26,948 nt of DNA, taken from NCBI GenBank assembly GCA_026388815.1, contig JAPLJA010000079.1, forward strand, positions 1-26,948, given 5' to 3'. Shown here one piece after another: positions 8,338-17,475 of this stretch. Both the position numbers and the translations under genes were made by a program. The notes below the pieces were generated by a model, which worked only from the letters and a program-made list of their open reading frames with translations, had not been told where the DNA came from and ran no database searches. The DNA is from Pseudomonadota bacterium. GTDB lineage: Bacteria > Desulfobacterota > WTBG01 > JAPLJA01. Position 1 is the stretch's first letter. Every line of letters begins with the position of its first letter.

Positions 8338-9666
8338 TTATTCAGTCAAGCTGTTTCCGTGCGCAACCTTTGCAAATAGAGAGGACAGCAAAGCGGCGGA
8401 GTACATTATCATCCATGGAATTATTGGGAAGTGATAACGCGCCGCGCCATAGTACACAAGATATATGCCGATGAAATAGAGTATCACGACAATACCCAAT
8501 AGTGGCCAACCGTGACCTTTACCAAGTCGCAGTCTTTTCCAACACCCGAAGAGGAGTGAAGCGATAAGAAAGACGAACACGACGAATTCATAAATCGTAT
8601 TGGGTTGATCGAGCAACCGCAAGACATATCTTGCCAATATCAATTCGCTTCCTGTGCCCATGATGTTCCAATACACACCATCACCGTGGTAAAAGAGGGC
8701 GATAAGCTTTTTCGGCATAAGCGTCAAGGTTTGCAACGGATGAGTTTTTATGTAATCGATCGCTTCTCTTCTCGCAATTTGATTGATTTTGTATTCCTCC
8801 AACGTATTGTTTCTGACACCAAACCAGGGTATTGCAACCCATCTCCCGTTTGCTTCGGGACCATTGCCAATATAGAGATTCAGACCATCATTGTTTGAAA
8901 GAACAATGCCATTGTAGAGTCTGTAATTGCGAATGACCCACGGACTTAATCCTACAATCAAGGCGACATAAAGAATTGCAACTCTCTTCAACCGATTGAC
9001 CAGGCTTCTCCCTTCCCATGAGAATTGAGGAAACAGAAGGAGAAGGAACGCAGGCAACAAAAGAGTCTGCACTTTGACAAGCGTCGCAAACCCAAACACT
9101 AATCCTGCAGTCAGTAAACGCCCGGGATGCGCTGCTCCTTTGATCGAGATACAGGGCAACAGAAGTGTTACACCAAGAAACAGTAAGAATAGATAAAATA
9201 TCTCCACTCCGACAAGAGACGTGTATGCGATACTGTTCGGATAAATGGCAAGGAACAAGAGGGAAAGCCTTCCTGCTAGTTCTGATCTGAAAAGGTCTCG
9301 TGCTATCCAGTACGCAAGCAGGAGCGACGCAACGGAAAGAATAAGATTTGCCGTTTGAGCCACGGTAACCGAAACCCCAAAGACCCAGAAAAGCATTGCC
9401 AGAAACAATGGATAACCAATGGGGAAGTACGCAGTGGCGAAACCACCATAAGGGGCATAACCATACCCTCTTGCAATGGACTCTGCGCTCCGGAAGTAGA
9501 AAGTAAAATCGCTCACGGGATTGGGATGAAAAATCAATATCCAGCAAAGGCGGATTGCAAAGGCTAACGTAAGTACGGTTGGAAGGTACCATGGAGAGAG
9601 GAGGATCGAGCGAACCGGACTATGTTCTGTCCTGATTATGTGGTGATCATCGCCTTGCTTCATCAC
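8338..9666 (-). CDS. GT-C fold glycosyltransferase, ArnT/PMT (GT39/GT83)-like polytopic membrane protein
   Basis: 442 aa with about 11 TM helices. N-terminal region (LSPWYLPTVLTLAFAIRLCWILIF...FYFRSAESIARGYGY...YFPIGYPLFLAM) resembles 4-amino-arabinose/mannosyl transferases. Confidence 0.55.
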   Translation of the reverse strand: MMKQGDDHHIIRTEHSPVRSILLSPWYLPTVLTLAFAIRLCWILIFHPNPVSDFTFYFRSAESIARGYGYAPYGGFATAYFPIGYPLFLAMLFWVFGVSVTVAQTANLILSVASLLLAYWIARDLFRSELAGRLSLLFLAIYPNSIAYTSLVGVEIFYLFLLFLGVTLLLPCISIKGAAHPGRLLTAGLVFGFATLVKVQTLLLPAFLLLLFPQFSWEGRSLVNRLKRVAILYVALIVGLSPWVIRNYRLYNGIVLSNNDGLNLYIGNGPEANGRWVAIPWFGVRNNTLEEYKINQIARREAIDYIKTHPLQTLTLMPKKLIALFYHGDGVYWNIMGTGSELILARYVLRLLDQPNTIYEFVVFVFLIASLLFGCWKRLRLGKGHGWPLLGIVVILYFIGIYLVYYGAARYHFPIIPWMIMYSAALLSSLFAKVAHGNSLTE

Positions 9667-10699
9667 GGTGTGATATTGGGGTCAGGTGTGATATTGGGGT
9701 CAGGTCTTGGGATATAAGTTTTTCTTTTCCAATTCTTTGACCGTCTTGCTAATCGTAGTATAGTGCAAGTGCAAACGATCTGCAATCTGTTTCAAGGTGT
9801 ACCCATGACGCATGTGTGCCTGGTGGATAATCTTGTTTCTCGCTGCTTTCGTCTTGATTTTGCCTTTCTCGAATAGTTCTCTCAGCGGGGGTCTGCTTGA
9901 ATAACGCTGCTGCCGGGGAATCTCTTTTACCTTCTCCTTGTCCACCAGCAGGTCTTTGAATTTCTGAACGAAGGCATCATTGCCCAACAATACCTGGCCT
10001 CTCAATCTGTTCCAGGGCGATTTCTGCTTTGATCCTTCCTTTACAAACTGACGATACCGCTTTTGCGCCTTCCCTCTCTCACCGCTGAAGACCCCAAGAA
10101 TCCAATCTGTCGTGAGGAAGTCCGGACTTCTCCTGTGCCCGCCTGTTGCTGCATAGCTACTCCACTGCCATGCCTCCGGTTGTTCGACCCAGCGAACCCT
10201 CATGGGATTCAGAACGACATACCGACACAGTTCCAGCAAATGGCTCTCCTTATCAACAAGGATCGCCTTGAATCTCCCCTGAAAAACATGTCCCGGACGT
10301 TTATGGTGTCGGTTAAAAAACTGGGTATAGACACCGTTGAGCTGTCGCATGCCGAGGGAGAGGTTGGCATCCAGTGTCTCGATTAGTAGGTGGTAATGGT
10401 TGTTCATCAGACAGTAGGCATGGCAGAGCCAGTTGTACTTCCTGATAGTTGAGGCGAGGATGGTAAGGAACTGCTGCCGATCAGTATCATCCATGAAGAT
10501 CTTTCTCCGTGCATCCCCGCGGGAGGTGACATGATAGACAGCACCAGGGTATTCAATTCTGAGCGGACGTGCCATGACTACACCTATAGCAGGTCATAAC
10601 TGATAAATCAAGACCTGACCCCATTTCTTGATGGGTCATAACTGATAAATCAAGACCTGACCCCATTTCTTTCGACCCCATTTCTTGACCCCATTTCTT
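9667..10699 (-). mobile_element. IS200/IS605-like (Y1 HuH transposase + DnaA-type HTH) element with REP-like flanking repeat arrays
   Basis: Left flank 2x18 bp gtgtgatattggggtcag (9668-9703). Right flank 2x38 bp units plus 4x gaccccatttctt (10592-10699). The flanks share an inverted core ttggggtcagg / cctgaccccat. Confidence 0.6.
9700..10575 (-). CDS. IS200-like Y1 (HuH) transposase with C-terminal DnaA-C-type helix-turn-helix
   Basis: N-terminal YHVTSRG...HYHLLIE (HuH) with downstream SSY. C-terminus HGYTLKQIADRLHLHYTTISKTV resembles the DnaA domain IV HTH. Confidence 0.7.
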   Translation of the reverse strand: MARPLRIEYPGAVYHVTSRGDARRKIFMDDTDRQQFLTILASTIRKYNWLCHAYCLMNNHYHLLIETLDANLSLGMRQLNGVYTQFFNRHHKRPGHVFQGRFKAILVDKESHLLELCRYVVLNPMRVRWVEQPEAWQWSSYAATGGHRRSPDFLTTDWILGVFSGERGKAQKRYRQFVKEGSKQKSPWNRLRGQVLLGNDAFVQKFKDLLVDKEKVKEIPRQQRYSSRPPLRELFEKGKIKTKAARNKIIHQAHMRHGYTLKQIADRLHLHYTTISKTVKELEKKNLYPKT

Positions 10700-10907
10700 C
10701 TTGCTCGATGGATTCTGCTGGCTTCTCAGCGTTTGGGATCTCAAACGTGACCCGGGCTGATGCCGTACCGTCCTGATCAAGCTGAACCAAAGCTCGGCCG
10801 GTATCAGACTTCCAAGTGCCAACAGGAGAGGGGTTCTTTGAACAGGCGTGGCACAGCACAGCTAAAGCGAACATGAAAGGAATGAATGCTATTTTGTTTA
10901 ATTTCAT
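10650..10907 (-). CDS. small putative lipoprotein (signal peptide + Cys), 3' end runs into the IS flanking repeats
   Basis: MKLNKIAFIPFMFALAVLCHAC matches a lipobox-like signal. The last about 17 codons are encoded by the repeat array, suggesting a C-terminus altered by insertion. Confidence 0.3.
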   Translation of the reverse strand: MKLNKIAFIPFMFALAVLCHACSKNPSPVGTWKSDTGRALVQLDQDGTASARVTFEIPNAEKPAESIEQEEMGSRNGVERNGVRS

Positions 10908-10928
10908 GGTGGTGTTCTCCTTTTACTG

Positions 10929-11012
10929 GTCGTTGCCCAACGACGAGAGTGAGGCGCTTCGGGTTAGCCGCGAAGTGAAGCAGCGAAGCTAACCCGAAGT
11001 CGTGCTCCACTC
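10929..11012. terminator. compound stem-loops (7-bp stem gtcgttg/caacgac; then 12-bp perfect stem cttcgggttagc/gctaacccgaag extended by gagtgag/ctccactc) at the 3' end of the 10989..12515 gene
   Basis: Inverted repeats read directly from the sequence. Lies between two minus-strand genes. No clear U-tract. Confidence 0.35.
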
Positions 11013-12515
11013 GTTTGTTGGCCATGACCCTTTTGGTCGTACTTTGACAAAGGCTTTATAAATAACGGCAAACAATACTAGGAATACGATACATGAAAGC
11101 TCCATGAGAAGGCTTTTGACACCATGTGAGTGCACTGCATATCTCGAGAAATAGAACGACACGTCACCACGCCAGGGAATGAAGAGTTCCGACCAGACAG
11201 CCTGCAGAAGAAGCAAACGGCCCACAAGGTGCGGCCCTGCGCTGAGCGAGAAACTACGCATCACGAGAACGATCAAGAGCGGAGCCTGCCACAACGCGAA
11301 CCTATCTATGTCCTTACCACCCACGACGCTGAACGCCAGGTTCACAAGTAGGAAATAGCTCCAGCAGGCATTCTGTCTCAGGAATCTCCGGGTCGTTCGC
11401 ATTTCAAAGAATGGGTAAACGGCAAGAACACCCAATGAGTTGATGTACGCAAGAAAGAACTCCACCTGTCTTGTTGGATTCAGGAGAAACACCTTTCCCC
11501 ATGTCCAAGCGCTGCTCAAGGCATCATAGTGTCCGACGGGCAGCACGCATGGGAAACGCCTGCTCATAACCAAGACTGCGACTGGAACCAGGTTCAATAG
11601 CATCAGTAGCCCCGTTTTGCTCCCAGGCTTCGAGCGCTGAAGAAGGCATAGGGCGTGAAAAGGGATCAGCGCTAACAGGTTCTCTCGGCAGAAGACCGCT
11701 GAGACCATGAACGAGAGGTAAAGCAGATGCTTGCCTGACACGGCACCGAAGAGAATGCCAAACAAGAGGAGTGTGCCAAGGCCGTCTGTGAGTATGGGGT
11801 AATATAGCCAGAACTTCAGTCCAAACTTCAGAAAGATGAAGAAGCCCACGCCGACAATCGAGAGAAGACGCTCCACACGGTAAAACCGTAGCAATCGGTA
11901 TACAAGAAGACACGACAGGGCATAGCAGATGGAGTTCACAAGATGAAATCCGTGAAATGTTCCTATCCCTAAATAGAACACCAAGACACTTGGCAGAACC
12001 CGGTAGCAGAATGGTGAATAGACTCTAGTCTCGAACGGCGTAAAGTCATCTGCCATCCTCCCGTAATAGACACCGTCGTGGCCATATCCTGAATGTTCTT
12101 TGCCATTCCCGAAGTCTATCTGGGGTGTAGAGACTAGCGCCACCAAGTACCCGATCAGGATGAGGGTGAAGAGAATCCCAGTCGATCGCAGTTGGTCTGC
12201 ACTGGCATGCAGTAGTCGCTCGATGAGTGCGTCAACTCGTCTGGACAGGGATACCGCAGACGCAACTGCAAGCATAAGTGCGGTCTTGATCAGAAAGACC
12301 GCGAATGGTGAGAACATAATGTCAGAGTTGTGTAGATAATGAACCAGAGGATGGACGTCTCTTCCCTCGAGGATGTCCCCAACGAAGGGAAGTTCGACAG
12401 GATGACGGTAGAGGTACGTGACGGCGGGTTCGCGAAGAACAAGTAGGAAAAGACCAATGAGCAAAAGCCCCGCTGAGAGGATCCAGCCACACTTTCTGAG
12501 GAATGTTATATTCAT
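10989..12515 (-). CDS. polytopic integral membrane protein, possible GT-C-type glycosyltransferase/polymerase
   Basis: 508 aa with at least 12 hydrophobic helices and an acidic loop DGVYYGRMADDF after the first TM cluster (GT-C-like). No firm family assignment. Confidence 0.35.
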   Translation of the reverse strand: MNITFLRKCGWILSAGLLLIGLFLLVLREPAVTYLYRHPVELPFVGDILEGRDVHPLVHYLHNSDIMFSPFAVFLIKTALMLAVASAVSLSRRVDALIERLLHASADQLRSTGILFTLILIGYLVALVSTPQIDFGNGKEHSGYGHDGVYYGRMADDFTPFETRVYSPFCYRVLPSVLVFYLGIGTFHGFHLVNSICYALSCLLVYRLLRFYRVERLLSIVGVGFFIFLKFGLKFWLYYPILTDGLGTLLLFGILFGAVSGKHLLYLSFMVSAVFCRENLLALIPFHALCLLQRSKPGSKTGLLMLLNLVPVAVLVMSRRFPCVLPVGHYDALSSAWTWGKVFLLNPTRQVEFFLAYINSLGVLAVYPFFEMRTTRRFLRQNACWSYFLLVNLAFSVVGGKDIDRFALWQAPLLIVLVMRSFSLSAGPHLVGRLLLLQAVWSELFIPWRGDVSFYFSRYAVHSHGVKSLLMELSCIVFLVLFAVIYKAFVKVRPKGSWPTNEWSTTSG

Positions 12516-12835
12516 GTTTGACCAACTATTTATTATATCAAGTTAAGGAAGTTAAGGGGACAGATTTATTTTTAATTCTGGTATGGAGGGAGGGGGAGAT
12601 AAAGAAAGTGACGATAACCATGCGAGATTATTCAGTGGTACAAAATGGTAACAGAGGTAACATTGTTTATATTGATCAGCATAACATGCGGAACACCTGT
12701 CTCCGATCCGTATAAGACGCCAGTGAAGTAATTTTCACATCGGCCATAACCCATGAGACATCAGCGTGTTGCGTCGAGGCGCTCTTTTTATCACGGTGTG
12801 TTATGTGGATCGGCATAAAATCCACCACGATGGTC

Positions 12836-13021
12836 TCAGAGTCCATCGACAGGGCTGCGAACACCCGATGGTCCACGGTTGAGAACATGGGTGTAAATCA
12901 TCGTCGTTTTGACGTCGCTATGGCCCAAAAGCTCCTGAACCGTTCGAATATCATACCCGCCTTCGAGCAGGTGAGTTGCGAAGGCACAATTAAGGGGTCT
13001 TGCAATATCACTTTTCCCCAT
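12836..13021 (-). pseudogene. intI: integron-integrase (IntI)-like tyrosine recombinase, C-terminal 61-aa remnant only
   Basis: ...[48 protein letters not shown] matches the IntI-specific tail (MIYTHVL..GG.GV.SPLD) including the catalytic Tyr. An in-frame TAG lies immediately upstream, so the N-terminus is missing. Confidence 0.55.
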
Positions 13022-13190
13022 CTCTCTTTTCTACCCCTGTTATTGCACGGCTTACGGTAGTATAGTGAATACCCAAGTATTCTGCAATCTCTTTCAATGT
13101 GCACCCAAAGTTGATATATACTCTGTTGATCTTTTCATCCCTGATTCTCTGCCTCCCTTTTTTCAAGAGCTTCCTACTGTATACGCTTAA
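13009..13190 (-). pseudogene. 3' remnant of a second IS200-like/DnaA-HTH transposase gene (HTH part only), abutting the intI remnant
   Basis: Encodes ...KLLKKGRQRIRDEKINRVYINFGCTLKEIAEYLGIHYTTVSRAITG, homologous to the C-terminus of the 9700..10575 product. Nucleotide similarity is also visible (tagtatagtg...tctgcaatct..tttcaa). Bounded by stops. Confidence 0.45.
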
Positions 13191-13302
13191 CTATTGATTA
13201 TATGGTTTCCTTATAAGAACCTAAAAAAGCTATTTTCGTAATATATATACCTGTTTTAAAAAGGTTTCAGCACGGAGCGGTGGGTAATAAGGCGCCTATC
13301 CT

Positions 13303-13719
13303 TTACGGCTTCCATCCCCTCTCGATAAGCATATCCACCAACCTGATGCCATTGACAATCATGACACCTTCCATGGTTTTCCCGTAGAGCTTACCGAAAT
13401 GACGTTTATCTCCCGTCCAGAAATGGGTACACCGTGATCCTACCGCCCCCCCAAGAACTGCTATATCTTCTTTTGACAAGTGGATATTAGAATCTGTTAG
13501 ATCAGCGAAGGCATGAGTAGTATTGAGTCGCTTGAGCAATTTTTTAAAATCAGCGACGCACTGTGGCCGTTTTATTTCAAGATTGCGCCCGGTCTCCTCC
13601 ACAGCATGGGGGCTGGTTACCGCCTCCGAGTATTCCAGGAGGGCTTCCAATACACGACGTGTAGCGCTTACCGGATCTGCTGCCGAGAACAGGATATTAG
13701 CGTCGAGAAAAACACGCAT
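13303..13719 (-). CDS. vapC: VapC-type PIN-domain toxin
   Basis: Starts MRVFLDANIL (PIN Asp). 138 aa. Follows the antitoxin gene with a 3-nt gap. Confidence 0.8.
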   Translation of the reverse strand: MRVFLDANILFSAADPVSATRRVLEALLEYSEAVTSPHAVEETGRNLEIKRPQCVADFKKLLKRLNTTHAFADLTDSNIHLSKEDIAVLGGAVGSRCTHFWTGDKRHFGKLYGKTMEGVMIVNGIRLVDMLIERGWKP

Positions 13720-13722
13720 GGG

Positions 13723-13959
13723 TCAGCGGCGTTTGGGCTTTGAATTCAAATATCGTCCAAGTTCGCTGTCCGCTTTGTCGAACTCTTCCACGCGTTCGTT
13801 GCTGTAGAGTTCTATGGGAAATGACACAGCGGGTTTGAGCACAAGACCTTCGGTGGACAACTCCGCCATTACCACCCCGCCACGCTCGATGCCCAGCTTC
13901 TTCCGGAGCGATTTCGGAAGCGTCAGGCTGCCCCGTTCGTTAACCTGAATTGTTGTCAC
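13723..13959 (-). CDS. vapB: VapB antitoxin, AbrB/SpoVT/MazE-type swapped-hairpin DNA-binding domain
   Basis: 78 aa with N-terminal TIQVNERGSLTLPKSLRKKLGIERGGVV motif. GTG start with AGGAGG 7 nt upstream. Confidence 0.7.
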   Translation of the reverse strand: MTTIQVNERGSLTLPKSLRKKLGIERGGVVMAELSTEGLVLKPAVSFPIELYSNERVEEFDKADSELGRYLNSKPKRR

Positions 13960-14001
13960 GTTAGAGTCCTCCTATTTCACAAATTCAACTTTTCTGAAAT
14001 T

Positions 14002-14031
14002 CAGTATAACTGATTAATGACCTTTCTGTCA
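14002..14031 (-). promoter_or_regulatory. near-consensus sigma70 promoter for vapBC (TTGACA-N18-TATACT on minus strand)
   Basis: Minus strand reads cTTGACAgaaaggtcattaatcagtTATACTg about 45 bp upstream of the vapB GTG. Confidence 0.5.
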
Positions 14032-14154
14032 AGCTAACCTTTTCGGAAATTGGGGAGGGGTGTTCACACTTTCATTACTTTAACAAAATTGTAGCCGTAG
14101 AAAAAAACAGAGGGCAGCTCTCATAATGAAAGCTACCCTCTTATTATGCTCTGA

Positions 14155-14183
14155 AACAAATCTTCCGTTTGATACAGTTACTA
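14155..14183. repeat. 29-bp direct repeat aacaaatcttccgtttgatacagttacta, copy 1 (copy 2 at 14367-14395)
   Basis: Exact 29/29 match between the two copies. Copy 2 overlaps the stop codon of the papain-like gene. Confidence 0.8.
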
Positions 14184-14248
14184 AGTTTGCTGAAAAAGCA
14201 ACCTTTGTAAGGCTGATCAAAAATGTCTCCGCCTGTGGCGGACAAGGC

Positions 14249-14366
14249 GCCCGAAAAAGACCGAAGGCCGCTCCTGCGGTAAAGTTTTTACCCGAAGACG
14301 GGCCAAACGGCTTATCGAGGGGAATCCGCCATGGCGGACAGATGGGCGTTTTTCAGCAGCCTGCTA
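14249..14366. repeat. 118-bp structured intergenic repeat, copy A (conserved 27-bp 5' end ...gaaaaagaccgaaggccgctcctg and 29-bp 3' end cagatgggcgtttttcagcagcctgctaa; variable core)
   Basis: Both ends are shared with copy B at 19189-19306. Cores differ but each contains its own hairpin. Lies downstream (minus sense) of the papain-like gene. Confidence 0.7.
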
Positions 14367-14392
14367 AACAAATCTTCCGTTTGATACAGTTA

Positions 14393-15113
<721 letters not shown>

Positions 15114-15138
<25 letters not shown>

Positions 15139-15623
15139 GACATGTAAATTTTAAAAATAATTTCTGTGATGCCAGGGGCTATGGCCTTAAAAACATACTC
15201 CACACGCCCAAAATTACCAGCAATTCTTTCGTTTTCAGGTGGCGGAATAAATTTCTGGTCCCGCATCTGCAAAATATGTGGATCAAACTCTGGCTCTTTA
15301 AGCACGTAACCGCCTGAAGCCGGATTCCTCATTTCAACTGCAAAGGATTGCCCTACCCTGACCTCAATGGGACCACCAATTTCTCTGTCTTTCATGGCGA
15401 ATGTTTGGCTGAAAGGTTTTTCATTTCGAAAACCTGTACGGACACAAGAGCAGAGCAGCACCATAAGTCCCAACAGAGAAACTACGAAAGCCCGTTCAGG
15501 CCAGCCCGTCTTGAACAGAGTATTTCCGGTGCCGGAAGTATCTGCGCGTACGTATTTCTTTCTCCTGTGGAACGTACCCCTTAAAACCTTACTCATGTTG
15601 ACGTGTAAGGCATACAAATTCAT
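15114..15623 (-). CDS. chagasin-family (MEROPS I42) cysteine-peptidase inhibitor, secreted or lipid-anchored
   Basis: C-terminal domain carries the three chagasin loop motifs: NPASGGY (NPTTGY-like), IAGNFG (GxGG-like) and SCSRW (RPW-like). An N-terminal hydrophobic segment is present. Overlaps the peptidase start by 25 nt. Confidence 0.55.
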
Positions 15624-15728
15624 CCCTTGTAAAATACCAAATAATCAAGTAAAAATACACTATAAAAAGCTGTTTCCGATGAAAGGCATTTCTATGGACC
15701 AAACCAGGCAGACAAGGAGTAATGACCT

Positions 15729-17084
15729 GTGAAACGCTTCCGATGGCAGATCATCCTGGGGCTGATCTTACTTGCATCCTCTACAGCTCTTTATTTCATC
15801 CAGTATGAAATTTTCCGGGACTTCCGCCACATCATTCTTGATTTGATCGGAAATGTAGCTTTTGTCCCTATTCAGGTCTTGCTGGTTACGCTCATTATTG
15901 AATGGCTGCTCAATGAGAGAGAAAAAAGTGCCCTGCTCAATAAATTGAATATGGTCATCGGGGCTTTCTTCAGTGAAGTCGGCACGCGATTGTTCAAATG
16001 CATTTTTCGCTTTGACGCTCACTTTGATAAGATCAGAGGAAACTTTATTATGACCGCCGATTGGTCTGACGCAGAATTTAAGAACGCTGGCAAACGTATT
16101 ATTGACTATGACTATAAAATAGAGAGCAGGAGGGGTGACTTAGAAGAGCTGCGGGATTGCCTGGTGGGAAAAAGGGAGTTTATGCTGGCTCTCCTGGAAA
16201 ATCCAAATTTGCTTGAGCACGAATCATTTACCGAACTTCTCTGGGCAGTATTTCACCTGACAGAGGAACTGGCCAGCAGGGAGAATCTAAAACAGTTATC
16301 CTCGGCTGACTATGACCACATTTCCAATGATATAAAACGGGCATACACTGCTCTCATCTCTGAATGGTTAAAGTACATGAATCACCTGAAGAATGAGATG
16401 ACTGAAAAAATACTCCTCTGCTGGAGCGGCGGGAAAGACAGCGCTCTTTCACTACACGAAATCCAGCAGAATAACAGCTATGAAGTAGTTGCCCTGCTGA
16501 CAACGGTCACTGAAGAGTACGACAGGGTCAGCATGCATGGTATCCGCCGGATATTGCTCGAACAGCAGACTGAATCCCTGAACTATCCGCTTGAGAAGGT
16601 ATTCATCTCACCGAATAGCTCTCAGGGCGAATATGAGCAGCGAATGGAAGAGGTCCTGCTAAAATATGTACGCCGTGGAGTTACCTCGGTAGCCTTCGGT
16701 GACATCTTCCTCGAGGATTTGAGAAAATACCGGGAAGACAATCTCGCAAAGATAGGAATGAAGGGTCTCTTTCCTATCTGGAAAAGGGACACCTCTGAAC
16801 TCGCCCATGTCTTCACAGAGCGCGGATTCAAGGCGGTGATAACCTGCGTTGACTCACATGTTCTCGATAAAACATTCGTCGGCAGAACCTTTGACAAACA
16901 ATTCCTGTCAGAACTTCCACCTCACATTGACCCCTGCGGTGAACATGGAGAGTTTCATTCCTTTGTCTTTGACGGACCCATCTTCCGCAAGAGGATACCC
17001 CATACAACAGGGGAGGTTGTTTTCAGGGACAATCGTTTTTACTTCTGTGACGTGATACCTGTCCCAGATACATCCGCTTGCTGA
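15729..17084 (+). CDS. membrane-anchored PP-loop ATP pyrophosphatase (MJ0570/Dph6-like ATP_bind_4 domain) fused to an N-terminal 2-TM/helical domain
   Basis: C-terminal half carries LLCWSGGKDSALSL (SGGxDS PP-loop) and Dph6-like blocks (GDIFLEDLRKYRE, GEHGEFHSFVFDGPIF). N-terminal 225 aa has two TM helices. Confidence 0.6.
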   Translation: MKRFRWQIILGLILLASSTALYFIQYEIFRDFRHIILDLIGNVAFVPIQVLLVTLIIEWLLNEREKSALLNKLNMVIGAFFSEVGTRLFKCIFRFDAHFDKIRGNFIMTADWSDAEFKNAGKRIIDYDYKIESRRGDLEELRDCLVGKREFMLALLENPNLLEHESFTELLWAVFHLTEELASRENLKQLSSADYDHISNDIKRAYTALISEWLKYMNHLKNEMTEKILLCWSGGKDSALSLHEIQQNNSYEVVALLTTVTEEYDRVSMHGIRRILLEQQTESLNYPLEKVFISPNSSQGEYEQRMEEVLLKYVRRGVTSVAFGDIFLEDLRKYREDNLAKIGMKGLFPIWKRDTSELAHVFTERGFKAVITCVDSHVLDKTFVGRTFDKQFLSELPPHIDPCGEHGEFHSFVFDGPIFRKRIPHTTGEVVFRDNRFYFCDVIPVPDTSAC

Positions 17085-17097
17085 AAGGACACTTTTT

Positions 17098-17475
17098 ATG
17101 CATAACCTGAACGAAAAAAGTTCCAATCCTCCCTGGGGTATGTGGGAGGTAATCCTGAGCGAATCAACCTACAAGGTGAAACGGGTTACTGTTTTACCGG
17201 GAAAACGATTGAGCTATCAGAAGCACTTTAAACGGCTGGAACACTGGCATATTATTGAAGGAAGCGGGGTGGTTACGCTGAATGGCAAACAGATTGCTCT
17301 CACGGGTGGAGAGAGCATAATCATCCCCTGTGAGGCTGCTCACCGTATTGCCAATGAAGGAAGAGTTCCCCTTGTGTTTATTGAGGTCCAACACGGAAGC
17401 TATTGCGAAGAAGATGATATCTTCCGATTGGAAGATGACTACGGCCGGGTTGAGGAGAGGTCATCTGCTTCTTGA
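17098..17475 (+). CDS. cupin-domain protein (mannose-6-phosphate isomerase type II C-terminal-like)
   Basis: WGMWEVI...YKVKRVTVLPGKRLSYQKHFKRLEHWHIIEG...IEVQHGSYCEEDDIFRLEDDYGR follows the ManC C-terminal cupin pattern. Confidence 0.7.
   Translation: MHNLNEKSSNPPWGMWEVILSESTYKVKRVTVLPGKRLSYQKHFKRLEHWHIIEGSGVVTLNGKQIALTGGESIIIPCEAAHRIANEGRVPLVFIEVQHGSYCEEDDIFRLEDDYGRVEERSSAS

Noticed and set aside
8888-9592. 234-aa minus-strand ORF in another frame inside the ArnT-like gene
   Set aside because: It is on the same strand as, and nested within, the TM-rich 442-aa frame. Its Cys/Ser/Arg-rich product lacks hydrophobic helices that would fit the hydrophobicity pattern of the locus.
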